Source: a virus. Taken from it: a stretch of 38,412 bases of DNA. The stretch covers positions 1-38,412 of the IMG/VR virus record IMGVR_UViG_3300045988_127166. One strand, given 5' to 3'. The translations under genes and the position numbers were made by a program. This document shows, one piece after another, positions 1-9,224 of this stretch. Position 1 is the stretch's first letter; each line of letters starts with the position of its first letter. Below the pieces are notes generated by a model, which was given only the letters and a program-made list of their open reading frames with translations, ran no database searches and was not told the DNA's origin.

Positions 1-55
1 ATAATAGAGGGTGGCCGCCTTTGCTCTCTGACTTTCCTTAATTGGCATTATATCA
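1..55. repeat. Terminal direct repeat, left copy (candidate att core, or circular-genome overlap)
   Basis: ataatagagggtggccgcctttgctctctgactttccttaattggcattatatca is identical base for base to 38358-38412. Confidence 0.95.
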
Positions 56-75
56 AGTATATTTCAGCCTGTAAA
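47..75 (-). promoter_or_regulatory. Sigma70-type promoter firing leftward across the terminal repeat (TTTACA-17 nt-TATAAT with TG extended -10)
   Basis: The minus strand reads tttaca (75..70), a 17-nt spacer ending in tg, then tataat (52..47). In the circular form it lies upstream of the small ORF 38219-38308. Confidence 0.5.
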
Positions 76-107
76 CCGTAATAAAATAATAATTTTATCA
101 CTGAACT

Positions 108-129
108 AGTAACAAATTAGAAACAAAAA
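108..129. repeat. 22-bp direct repeat, copy 1 (tagtaacaaattagaaacaaaa)
   Basis: Exact second copy at 280-301. Lies in the non-coding att-proximal arm next to a cactgaact motif at 99-107. Confidence 0.9.
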
Positions 130-279
130 GCGGAAGAAACGCCGTAAAATCAAGCATTTCTCCCGTTTTTAGACTTATTCTATCATAAATATGAGTCATT
201 TTAAACCACTGATTCACCCCATATTTGCTGAAAAGTTCAGTGTTTACAACCTCTGAAAATCTCGCAAAACCTTGCTATT

Positions 280-301
280 TAGTAACAAATTAGAAACAAA
301 A
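280..301. repeat. 22-bp direct repeat, copy 2
   Basis: Identical to 108-129. Abuts the endolysin stop codon (302-304). Confidence 0.9.
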
Positions 302-1234
302 TCAGTGAACATAAACCTGACCGGTTTTGCCAACAGCACAGACCCAACCAGAAGGGATTTTTACCCAAGTCATTCCGTCCTGTTCTACCACATCTTTGAC
401 GGTGACAACTGTTCCTTTTTTGAGGACAGCGCTTCCATCAGTTTGCTTCACCGCATGGTTTTTAGCATTGGTGGTTAACTGCAGATATTTCTTTTTCTTA
501 CCATTCGCAGAATCCCTTACATACATATTGCCCTGCAGGGTATAATTTTTGCCAACCTCAAACATCGGTTTCTGTGCAGGATCCTGCTCTGGGTCTGATT
601 GAGGAATCGGGAAATAACACTCATTCATATCTATCCGGTCTGTCACGCCTGCAATTTTTCCTACACTGGTATACTGCCACATATCGTACTTTTTCACATA
701 AAACGGTTTCTGGTCCACATTGAGCTGCCCGTTGTTCCTGCCATACTTAGCAACCCAAATCAGATACTGAACCAGTTCAGGGTAATTCAGATTATCCTTG
801 AACCAACTATCACTTGCATATACGCCGCCAGCTTTCCCCTGCGCAGCGATATAGTCACAAAAGGCCTTTACTACTGCAGTCCTCTCTTTCTTAGAAAGAC
901 CGTCTGCCCTGACCTTTCTGGATGTACCGTCCCCGTCTTCTGAATCAATGAAAATAGGGAGCGTTGCTCCTGCCACTAACGCCGCCTGAACGCTATATTT
1001 AGCTTCCTCTTCCCCTTCTGCTTCATTAATTGCCTGTGACATAAAATACACACCGAAGGGAATACCATACTTGACACACTCAGCGGCATGTTTGCCGTAC
1101 ATTGGATCAGGGACGATCTTTCCGGAAGTGTACCCACGATAGCCACATCGAATAATCACCCCATCGACAAGCCCTTTCAGCTTGCCGATGGTAATGACAT
1201 TGTATTTTGAAATATCAACTACAATTTTACCCAT
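302..1234 (-). CDS. Endolysin: GH25 muramidase domain plus C-terminal SH3b-like cell-wall-binding domain
   Basis: N-terminus MGKIVVDISKYN...IIRCGYRG...GVYFMS...FIDSEDGDG is GH25 lysozyme-like. The C-terminal ~70 aa (GKNYTLQGNMYVRDS...WVKIPSGWV) is SH3-like. The ATG at 1234 has an upstream GGTGAAGGTG RBS and lies 2 nt from the holin stop. Last gene of the late operon. Confidence 0.85.
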   Translation of the reverse strand: MGKIVVDISKYNVITIGKLKGLVDGVIIRCGYRGYTSGKIVPDPMYGKHAAECVKYGIPFGVYFMSQAINEAEGEEEAKYSVQAALVAGATLPIFIDSEDGDGTSRKVRADGLSKKERTAVVKAFCDYIAAQGKAGGVYASDSWFKDNLNYPELVQYLIWVAKYGRNNGQLNVDQKPFYVKKYDMWQYTSVGKIAGVTDRIDMNECYFPIPQSDPEQDPAQKPMFEVGKNYTLQGNMYVRDSANGKKKKYLQLTTNAKNHAVKQTDGSAVLKKGTVVTVKDVVEQDGMTWVKIPSGWVCAVGKTGQVYVH

Positions 1235-1658
1235 TATTTTCACCTTCACCCTCTGACTTTTTCTGTAAAACGTCAATTGCCTTGGTAATCACTGCCGGAA
1301 GCGGTACACCCATGAGTCCTGCGTTCTCCACCAGTGAAATCAGCTCATTGGCAATGAATGCAATAATTACAGCATCCCGGATATAATTGGTTCCAATCAC
1401 CAGATCAAGGCGGTATGCAATCAATACAAAAACAAGGGTCATGCATTTTCTACATAAACCTTTCCACCCTGCTTTGCTTTCAAGGCTACCTGTATCTGTC
1501 TTGGGGCTGTTCTTAAATACCCCTGCTACGATCAGACCTGAAATATAATCAAGGCACATAAAAATAAGCAGCGTAGTAAGCCCTGCGCTCCATCCACCAA
1601 AAAAAGACGCAATCGCTGAACCGATCACGCCAAGGATCCCACAAATTTTTTCTTTCAT
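1227..1658 (-). CDS. Holin (phage holin 4_1 / TcdE-like family)
   Basis: MKEKICGILGVIGSAIASFFGGW...LDYISGLIVAGVF...IANELISLVENAGLMGVP shows the typical multi-TM holin motif set. Sits immediately upstream of the endolysin. Start chosen at the ATG behind an AGGAAAGGAAG RBS. Confidence 0.85.
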   Translation of the reverse strand: MKEKICGILGVIGSAIASFFGGWSAGLTTLLIFMCLDYISGLIVAGVFKNSPKTDTGSLESKAGWKGLCRKCMTLVFVLIAYRLDLVIGTNYIRDAVIIAFIANELISLVENAGLMGVPLPAVITKAIDVLQKKSEGEGENNG

Positions 1659-1856
1659 TTTTCTTCTTCCTTTCCTCTGTTGGTTGCATAACAAAAGCAC
1701 CTGTCAGACCTCATATAATGGTCATATAGGTGCTTTCTATGCGTTCATTGATAATTTCCTCACATTACTGTTATAAGTACCGATTTCCCCTCAAATAAAA
1801 AAAGCCCTAAAGGCTCCGCTCTGATTTTTCTCATATATGAATCCCCTCGTTTGATC

Positions 1857-3293
1857 CTACCCCTCAGATAACGTGTATGTCACCTTCATGGTGTGGGCTG
1901 ATGTCTTTGTTACCGGCTCTGAAAGGTTATTGATAGTGGCAATGTAAAAAGGATTCTGCACAATCACAAGCATTGGAGAATATCCATTTCTCATACTTAT
2001 TATAAATTTACTTTTATCTGCTGTAACTGTTGTTAAATATTCTGTTCCAAAACTATTGAATAATGAACATTTACATGTCCACTCATCAAGATCAATGATA
2101 TATGAATTACCATAATTTTTCAATAAAACATGTGCATCTGTAATTTTTCCAACAAACCGTTTTTGTGTGTTTTTATCCCACCCTTTTGCAAGACTCATAT
2201 CAATAGCTGCGACATCCGTAGAATCAGCTATTTTGATTCGATACAGTTTATCTCTATCCTGATTTATACAAATATAATACCCATCCGCAACAAACCACTC
2301 ACCACCATAATCCGGTATCTTATTATTACTTGAAAGATAAGATCTGAACAAAACTTCATTCGTTGTGTTGATAAAAGAAACACATTCTGCCGAAAAATTA
2401 TTTTGTGTATCAATCTTTAATAAATTGATCTCTTCATTCTTTGCAATATATTTATGTGCAGTGGTCAACATTACATACATATATCTACCGTCCAAACATA
2501 TGCCACCGATTATGCCATTGTTATCTGTAATCTGATTCATAATTTTAGACGGAATACTGATATCAACCCTCTCATATCGCATTGGCTCATTTGACTTATT
2601 ATTGCTAAAGACAATATTATCAACCGGCATTTTTACTTTAAGAAACGAAAGTGTGCCTGAATTTTTCATATACAAATCTGCTTCACTGCTACTGTAATAC
2701 ACATTATAAAACAAAAGAAAATATAAACAATCTCCTATTGCAAATGCTATTTTATCTGAAATGGTGGCATCTTTCACTTTTTGATAAAAACCATAATCTG
2801 TACTGTAAAGTGTCTGTGCCGTACTTGAATTGATTGCTGAATCATATGCAGGACTTCCAAGTCCACTCCTACCGCCAAGCAGAGAAGTCAGTGAAAGTGC
2901 TGCAATCGTTCCATTCGCCTGTGATGTATTAAAATCCCACACCATTTTGTAATTACCGTTTTCATCAAATCCGCTTTCATTGGAATTGAAACTGCCAAGG
3001 TTTGTATCCTCTCCACCATATGAAATATTTGATCCCCTGCCAGTACAGTGAACCCCTTTCGGTGGATATGTTATGTCTGCATTTTCTTCTATTGCTCCAT
3101 CAAACAGAAAAAGTCCACCGAACAGAACGTTGAATTGTCCTTTTGTCTTACAATCCAATAGTGGTGTATAACCGGTCAATGCAATCGGCTTTACATATTC
3201 TGATATGGCTTTCGTGAGCATATTATCATGTTCCACTACTTTTTTCTTTCCGGTAGCCACTTCAATTAATTCAATTTTTGCATGCCCTTTCAT
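1857..3293 (-). CDS. Tail-tip / putative receptor-binding protein (function unknown)
   Basis: Last structural ORF between the tail-hub protein and the holin. No recognised catalytic motif. Markedly AT-rich relative to its neighbours. RBS GAAAGGA upstream. Confidence 0.55.
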   Translation of the reverse strand: MKGHAKIELIEVATGKKKVVEHDNMLTKAISEYVKPIALTGYTPLLDCKTKGQFNVLFGGLFLFDGAIEENADITYPPKGVHCTGRGSNISYGGEDTNLGSFNSNESGFDENGNYKMVWDFNTSQANGTIAALSLTSLLGGRSGLGSPAYDSAINSSTAQTLYSTDYGFYQKVKDATISDKIAFAIGDCLYFLLFYNVYYSSSEADLYMKNSGTLSFLKVKMPVDNIVFSNNKSNEPMRYERVDISIPSKIMNQITDNNGIIGGICLDGRYMYVMLTTAHKYIAKNEEINLLKIDTQNNFSAECVSFINTTNEVLFRSYLSSNNKIPDYGGEWFVADGYYICINQDRDKLYRIKIADSTDVAAIDMSLAKGWDKNTQKRFVGKITDAHVLLKNYGNSYIIDLDEWTCKCSLFNSFGTEYLTTVTADKSKFIISMRNGYSPMLVIVQNPFYIATINNLSEPVTKTSAHTMKVTYTLSEG

Positions 3294-3308
3294 TAGTACA
3301 CATCCTTT

Positions 3309-5594
3309 CTAATTTGCAAAATCAACGTAAATTTCTGTAACTGACTGTGTTACATCCGTCAACGCAACTCTAATATAAAAAGCTGTAGCCCCTTGATATA
3401 GTACGTTCCACTGTTCAAAAGTGATTGCTTCCAGTGTTGCCTTATTCATGCCTGAATACTCATCTGACAAAGTAGACCATTCAGAACCATTCCAAGCTTT
3501 CCATGTTTTCTTCCCGTCAAAACTCACTGCTACAATCAGATCCCCTTCACAGGTTGCAGTCATATTCTCTATGCCAGTTATTGATTCATGTGTGAGACTG
3601 ATTGCATTAGTAATGATTGTTTGTGATGTCACAGTCTCTATTTCCTGATTCAGCATGAATTTTCCATCCGCATTGACATAATCAGCGTCATAGCTATACA
3701 AATTCTTTTTATCTGTATTGAATGTGTAGTTGGTCACCACCTCATTCACACCGCCGCTGATCTCAATACCACTGATCTGAACCGTGTTTATCGGGATTGC
3801 CCCTATCACCTCTGTGAATGTGGCCGCTGTAGGGATTTCCACACCTGCAACGACATTTTCAATGATTCCTGAAACGCCAATGGTATTTATAGGAATTACC
3901 CCAATAGGCTCTTCAATATTAAGGGTTCCGTCCCACTTCGATGTTCCTGCCAGTCCCTGCGCATACAGTACAGCCCTGATATCGTTCTTCTGAATCGTGG
4001 CCGCCGGTGGAGTTGTGTTCACTGGTACTACATCATACTGGATCGGTTGCTGCACTGCCCCTGATTCGCTGCTGCTTTGATTTTCTCTGTCTGCCTGCGC
4101 TGCAGTGATATAATTGAAGATCGTGGCTACATTGGCCTGTGTTACCCGGTTATCACTTTCCACATAAACAGTTTTAGCTGCCACAGTGACTGTATGCCTC
4201 TTATTTGCTTTGTCAATAAAGTATCTCGAGATCGTAACAAAATGCTTTCCCTTCTCAAAATACTCTGTAATCACCCCATTTTCATCAAGTATCCCGTCTA
4301 TATAAACAAAAAATTCAATATAGCCGTCCAGTGTCATCTCCAACGGGATCGTAGCCATGAATATGGGCTTTGTGTCTTCAACTGTGGCATAATTGATCAC
4401 AATTAAAGGCTTTTCAGCAGTGTCACCTACTTCAATCTTGGAAGAATTGGTAAATGTGTGAACTACCAACTTCTTACTGTCCACCCTCAATCCCAGATCC
4501 GTGAGCTGCTTATCCTCTGAGGATGAAACGCCCTGCAGCTTGGTGTTGGCACCGTCTGACTTAATCTTCTCGGCTTTGTGATAATTCCAAGTGAAAGAGG
4601 TCACCAATGTATTCACAGAATCTGTGGTAAAGTTCACGTCTTTCAGGCATAAGGTGTCACCCAGATCAATAGATGGATTGCCCAGCATTGAAAATTCCGA
4701 AGGGGTATACCTTATATTTTTCAGCACAGCAAGAATGTTTTGAAGAATTTCATGCTTTGTCTCTTCCATTCCCTGTACTATGGGAATATCACCCATATCA
4801 AGCAATAGACCGCCTTCCACAGTATCATCTATTTCTGTGTAGGGGTAAAAGTTCTGCTGTGATACGAACCTTGCCTTTACTGCATAAAAGAAAGTCTCAT
4901 AATCTGCAATCGTAGATACTGTCCTTCTCTTTGCTGTAATGTCCATGCAGGAAGTTGTTTGAAAGCTGCGGATCTGCAGCTTCCCCTCCCGGTTAATTGT
5001 GGCGTAGCCTGCCAGAACAGAAGCAATATAGGATATTGCGTCCCGGTATGTCCCAACCCTGTCGGCATAAATAGAATATAACTGGCTGCCGTTGCACATG
5101 GCCGTGATTTCTTCCTCGGTGTTTGCCAGCTCTACATCACAGTACTCACAGATGAATGAAAGTAACTGAAACGCCGTGCCGACTGTTTCCTCCGTCACAT
5201 CAATGTCAAAATCTGTCATTCTGTCATAGCACTTCAATGCTACGATCTTCTTCGTTCTCTTTGGGGAATCGACATAAAACACACCAAGAGGAATTTTTTC
5301 TTCCGTCTTATCTGGCAGGGTGAGATAATAACTCAGCTCAACCCGTGCCCCATACAGGGAATACCGGTCAATTTCCTTTTTCAAGCTTATGTTCATTTCA
5401 CCTACATAGACAGAACCAAAACAAAAGTTACTACTGTTTATACATTTGTTATTAATGGACAGGGAACCGGGGATGATCTCCCCGTCCCTGATGTCCAACT
5501 CTGTCCCGTCTTTAAGGGTAATTTTTCCATCCACTCTGTTTCTTACCACAGAGGCGTTGATCGCTGCTTTATAGGCATCCGATGTATTGTACAT
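3309..5594 (-). CDS. Tail-associated (Tal/baseplate-hub-like) minor structural protein
   Basis: 761 aa, two genes downstream of the tape measure protein, AGGAGG RBS. Internal G(V/A)IPINT..SGI repeats and a C-terminal beta-rich domain typical of siphophage tip proteins. Confidence 0.7.
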   Translation of the reverse strand: MYNTSDAYKAAINASVVRNRVDGKITLKDGTELDIRDGEIIPGSLSINNKCINSSNFCFGSVYVGEMNISLKKEIDRYSLYGARVELSYYLTLPDKTEEKIPLGVFYVDSPKRTKKIVALKCYDRMTDFDIDVTEETVGTAFQLLSFICEYCDVELANTEEEITAMCNGSQLYSIYADRVGTYRDAISYIASVLAGYATINREGKLQIRSFQTTSCMDITAKRRTVSTIADYETFFYAVKARFVSQQNFYPYTEIDDTVEGGLLLDMGDIPIVQGMEETKHEILQNILAVLKNIRYTPSEFSMLGNPSIDLGDTLCLKDVNFTTDSVNTLVTSFTWNYHKAEKIKSDGANTKLQGVSSSEDKQLTDLGLRVDSKKLVVHTFTNSSKIEVGDTAEKPLIVINYATVEDTKPIFMATIPLEMTLDGYIEFFVYIDGILDENGVITEYFEKGKHFVTISRYFIDKANKRHTVTVAAKTVYVESDNRVTQANVATIFNYITAAQADRENQSSSESGAVQQPIQYDVVPVNTTPPAATIQKNDIRAVLYAQGLAGTSKWDGTLNIEEPIGVIPINTIGVSGIIENVVAGVEIPTAATFTEVIGAIPINTVQISGIEISGGVNEVVTNYTFNTDKKNLYSYDADYVNADGKFMLNQEIETVTSQTIITNAISLTHESITGIENMTATCEGDLIVAVSFDGKKTWKAWNGSEWSTLSDEYSGMNKATLEAITFEQWNVLYQGATAFYIRVALTDVTQSVTEIYVDFAN

Positions 5595-5604
5595 TCTGCA
5601 CCTC

Positions 5605-5958
5605 CTACAGCTCTTCTATTTTGAATGACAATGACCAAACAGACACATCATTCTTATAGAATTTTTTATCATAACTTACGCCGGAAATCAGCGCATTGAC
5701 CTCTCGCAGGGCATCCCTCGCAGCATCATATATCTTGACGGCAGATACTGTTGTGATTGCATTCACAATCTCCTTTACCTTCTCTGCCGTCAGACCTTTA
5801 TATGACACATTTCCGGATAAAATATCTTCTCGGATCACTTCAACGGTCTTTACACCATTTTCACCCTCATATTCAGAAAGTTTTGTTTCTTGGCTCACAG
5901 AAAATGCACCTTCTGCATCAGGAAGTTCCACATCATTGATAGTTAATAACTTAAGCAT
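5605..5958 (-). CDS. Small distal-tail-like protein
   Basis: Start overlaps the tape measure stop (ATGCTTAA) with an AGGAGG RBS. The call rests on position only; it is short for a canonical Dit. Confidence 0.5.
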   Translation of the reverse strand: MLKLLTINDVELPDAEGAFSVSQETKLSEYEGENGVKTVEVIREDILSGNVSYKGLTAEKVKEIVNAITTVSAVKIYDAARDALREVNALISGVSYDKKFYKNDVSVWSLSFKIEEL

Positions 5959-8371
5959 TTACCATACCTCCTGATCTCAAAGTAACATTATTCTTGGAGT
6001 TGATAATAATTTCATCCCACAGCTCATTACCGAAGTAAATCGGAATGATGATATCACCGTCCCCGTTTGGTTTAAATTCATCCAATTTCTCCAAAATCTT
6101 GGTAAGGATCGTAACCATGGTACTATTCTGCTCAGCCACAGCCTGCCTGATATATCCAAGCAGCAGATCTACCGGAGCAATAGCCTCATTGCCTGCCTCA
6201 CCACCTACCATGGTCTTGCCACTGAACGGGTTCAGTCCGAAAGCGGTAGGCTCCGTTAAAATAGCACCTTTCTTATACCATTCAATACTAAAGGAAGGTA
6301 CTGACGGTGGATTCAGACTAAATCCTCCGCTGATATTAAAATGAGGAACTTTCAGCGGCGGTAACTTCCAAGTAAAATTGAAGGCTTTCTTTATCAGCTC
6401 GATTCCTTTATTCACAATATTTTTGGCATTATCCATCGTATTGTTGAATTTGTTCTTGATCTTATCTAGGATGCCGTTCACTATGTTCAGTGCTGCGTTC
6501 AATTTTGACTGAAAGTAAGACTTCACAAGCTCAAGTCCAGTTTGTACGACATTTTGTATTAAGTTCATCGCACTTTTAGCAAGTGATTGTATGCCCTGCC
6601 AAATTCCGGAAAAGATTTTTTCGATTCCAGACCATGCTTTTTGCCAATCTCCGGAGAAAATACCGGTTATAAACTCGATCACACCAGTCAGCACCGTTAA
6701 AAATGCTGAAAACTGCTCACCAATTAACTGAAAAGCAATTTGAAATACCGGTGCGAGACTTGTCGCTATAAAATCTATGAATGGTTTTAGGACATTTTCC
6801 CACAAATCCGTCAGCGCAGCTTTCAGTTCTTCCAACAACGGAGAACAGGTTGCAACAATTTCATTCCAAGTATTGGTCATACTGGTTCTGAATTCTTCAT
6901 TGGTGTTCCACAAATATACGAACACTCCAACCAGTGCTGCAATGGCAGCTATGACAATACCAACCGGTGAAGCTATCGCCCCCAAAGCACCACCGAGTGA
7001 AGCAAAACCACCTTTCACAGCCCCCAGTATTCCACTAAGTCCACCAAGGTTTCCACTAAGTCCACTGAGCAACGGTGCGACTTTTCCAATGCCGCCTGCA
7101 AGAGTACTGCCGACTTTTATGATCCCACCGATTCCGGTTGATACTTTTCCGGCAAATATAAGCACGGGACCGGCTGCCGCCAATAGGCCAGCTATCACAA
7201 TGATCAGTTTCTTGGTTCCGTCATCAAGTCCTGAAATCCAGTCACAAATCTTGGAAAGCCAATCAACACCCTGCCTTAAGTACGGCATGATCAGCGTAAC
7301 GAACTGAATAGCCAGTCCTTCAAGCTGAGATTTCAACAACGTGACCTGTCCAGCAAGGTTATCATTCATCGTGTCAGCCATTTGCTGAGTCACCCCGTCA
7401 CAGTTATTGATTGCATCAGATAATTTATTAAAATCACTTTCACCGGCATTTACAATGGCAAGCAACCCGGACATTCCTTCCTGTCCTGCCAATCTTGCAG
7501 CTGTCTGTGCTTTTTCTTCTTCCGTCAAACCTGCAAAGCCTGTCCGTAAATCATCAATTACTTCATTGAATGATTTCATAGTTCCGTCAGAATTTGTGAT
7601 AGATAAATCCAATGCGTTCATTGCAACTAATACTTCATCGGTTGGCTTGGCCAATCTTGTGAGCATACTTCTAAGAGATGTTCCTGCCTGACTTGCTTTT
7701 ATACCACTATTCGCCATAAGACCAATGGCAAGTGCCACATCTTCGGCTGAATATCCTAATGCACCAGCAACAGGTGCTACATACTTAAATGTATCTCCCA
7801 TCATACTTACATTGGTATTTGCATTGCTTGATGCCGCTGCCAGCACGTCGGCAAAGTGTCCACTGTCCTCTGCAGACAGGCCGAAAGCGGTCAATGCGTC
7901 TGTAACGATGTCAGAAGTCGTTCCGAGGTCTTCGCCTGATGCTGCTGCAAGGTTCATAATACCTTCAAGTCCGTCCAGCATATCATTGGTTTTCCATCCT
8001 GCCATTGCCATATACTTCAAAGCTTCGGCAGATTCAGAAGCAGAAAACTTGGTTTTTTCACCCATTTCTTTTGCCTTATCTGTAAGTGCTGCGAAATCAT
8101 CACCAGTTGCACCGGAAATGGCAGCAACTTCTGACATGGCATATTCAAAATCTGATGTAGCCTGTATTGCCTTACCACCGATCAGCATAATGGGTGTTGT
8201 CAGTCCTACAGATAACTTGGTTCCAAGACTGGTTGCCTTTTCTCCGAAGGATGTGAATTTGTCCGACAGATTCTCACTAAAAGAGCTGGCCTTGTCGGTG
8301 GTTTCATCAATGGCACTGTTGGCTTCGGTATTGTCAATGGCGATTCTACCAAGTAACCTAAACAATTCCAT
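5951..8371 (-). CDS. Tail tape measure protein (TP901-family core)
   Basis: AMSEVAAISGATGDDFAALTDKAKEMG...SASESAEALKYMAMAGW...GLEGIMNLAAASGEDL is the conserved TMP core. Gly/Ala-rich TM-like central region. Follows the G/GT chaperones. Confidence 0.9.
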   Translation of the reverse strand: MELFRLLGRIAIDNTEANSAIDETTDKASSFSENLSDKFTSFGEKATSLGTKLSVGLTTPIMLIGGKAIQATSDFEYAMSEVAAISGATGDDFAALTDKAKEMGEKTKFSASESAEALKYMAMAGWKTNDMLDGLEGIMNLAAASGEDLGTTSDIVTDALTAFGLSAEDSGHFADVLAAASSNANTNVSMMGDTFKYVAPVAGALGYSAEDVALAIGLMANSGIKASQAGTSLRSMLTRLAKPTDEVLVAMNALDLSITNSDGTMKSFNEVIDDLRTGFAGLTEEEKAQTAARLAGQEGMSGLLAIVNAGESDFNKLSDAINNCDGVTQQMADTMNDNLAGQVTLLKSQLEGLAIQFVTLIMPYLRQGVDWLSKICDWISGLDDGTKKLIIVIAGLLAAAGPVLIFAGKVSTGIGGIIKVGSTLAGGIGKVAPLLSGLSGNLGGLSGILGAVKGGFASLGGALGAIASPVGIVIAAIAALVGVFVYLWNTNEEFRTSMTNTWNEIVATCSPLLEELKAALTDLWENVLKPFIDFIATSLAPVFQIAFQLIGEQFSAFLTVLTGVIEFITGIFSGDWQKAWSGIEKIFSGIWQGIQSLAKSAMNLIQNVVQTGLELVKSYFQSKLNAALNIVNGILDKIKNKFNNTMDNAKNIVNKGIELIKKAFNFTWKLPPLKVPHFNISGGFSLNPPSVPSFSIEWYKKGAILTEPTAFGLNPFSGKTMVGGEAGNEAIAPVDLLLGYIRQAVAEQNSTMVTILTKILEKLDEFKPNGDGDIIIPIYFGNELWDEIIINSKNNVTLRSGGMVNA

Positions 8372-8429
8372 TCAAAGGGACACCCCCTTTCTTTGCACAA
8401 AAAAAGCACACCCCCTTGATGTGCTTTGA

Positions 8430-8750
8430 TTAACTGGGAGAGAAATTTTTCAAAATTCCTCTCGCCTGCTGTTTTGCTGTTTCCACTTGCTCGTCACTCA
8501 TCGTGAGTGCGTCAGGTTTTTCCTGACGGCCAGCAAGTACGTCTTTTTTCCACTCTATGAAAGTTTTATCTGACATACTGTGCAGATACAGCTCCCACAG
8601 ATTTCTTTCATTCTCTTTCTCAGCTTCTTCCTGTTTGCGTTTCTGATCCATTTCAAGGATGTTCGTTACAAACTCTCCAAACCGCCCCTGTTCCATGTAA
8701 AGGTGCATGAATTCTAATGGATTGCTGTACCTTGAATACAGCAAATCCAT
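8430..8750 (-). CDS. Tail assembly chaperone, T part (expressed as a G-T fusion by -1 frameshift)
   Basis: Lies in the -1 frame relative to 8768-9205. That frame is open from the slippery sites at 8792-8812 through the first ATG at 8750. Canonical position between the major tail and tape measure genes. Confidence 0.7.
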   Translation of the reverse strand: MDLLYSRYSNPLEFMHLYMEQGRFGEFVTNILEMDQKRKQEEAEKENERNLWELYLHSMSDKTFIEWKKDVLAGRQEKPDALTMSDEQVETAKQQARGILKNFSPS

Positions 8751-8767
8751 GAATTCAAACTCCCCTA

Positions 8768-9205
8768 TCAGAGCAATCTGGAAAGCACCTTGAAAAAAGC
8801 TGTGTTTTTTACCTCTCTGAGGGAATCATAGATCATGAGCGGCAGTGTACCAAACTCCATTTCCTTGATGTCCTCCACCGGAATGCCGGACAGATCAGAA
8901 TAAAGAAAATATACTTCTTCCTCAATCTTTGGTAAATTACCGATCAGAACATCTGCAAGATCAAAGGATGCAAGGATTCCAACATCACGCAGGCTTTTTT
9001 CACCTGACATGACCTGAATAAATGCTTCCTTACAATCCTTGATACCGATTTTTTTCAGGATCCGGAGCCAAATAGACAGATCACCGTCTTTGAATTTCCT
9101 CAAAGTGTATGGTCTCTCGATCGGTGCCGGGAACTGCTCAACCACACCTTCCATATTTTCTGTTGCAGTTTCTTCTACATTGGTTTTTTCAGTCATTTCA
9201 TTCAT
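8768..9205 (-). CDS. Tail assembly chaperone G
   Basis: Acidic 145-aa ORF between the major tail and tape measure genes. Ends shortly after two in-frame slippery heptamers. Confidence 0.75.
   Translation of the reverse strand: MNEMTEKTNVEETATENMEGVVEQFPAPIERPYTLRKFKDGDLSIWLRILKKIGIKDCKEAFIQVMSGEKSLRDVGILASFDLADVLIGNLPKIEEEVYFLYSDLSGIPVEDIKEMEFGTLPLMIYDSLREVKNTAFFKVLSRLL
8792..8812 (-). promoter_or_regulatory. Programmed -1 ribosomal frameshift site(s): A_AAA_AAC and T_TTT_TTC
   Basis: The minus strand reads GTA AAA AAC ACA GCT TTT TTC in the G frame. Both heptamers fit X_XXY_YYZ in the zero frame. The -1 frame has no stop from there to the downstream ORF. Confidence 0.65.
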
Positions 9206-9224
9206 AACTCGTCTTCATCCTTTC

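Noticed and set aside
272-943. Plus-strand ORFs 272-478, 327-545 and 599-943
   Set aside because: They are antisense to the endolysin gene, with no start context.
6045-8429. Several plus-strand ORFs (6045-6344, 6777-7307, 7407-7691, 7725-8429), plus minus-strand off-frame ORFs inside the tape measure gene
   Set aside because: They are Ala/Ser/Pro-rich antisense or alternative-frame translations of the Gly/Ala-rich tape measure coding sequence. The tape measure frame carries the recognisable conserved core.
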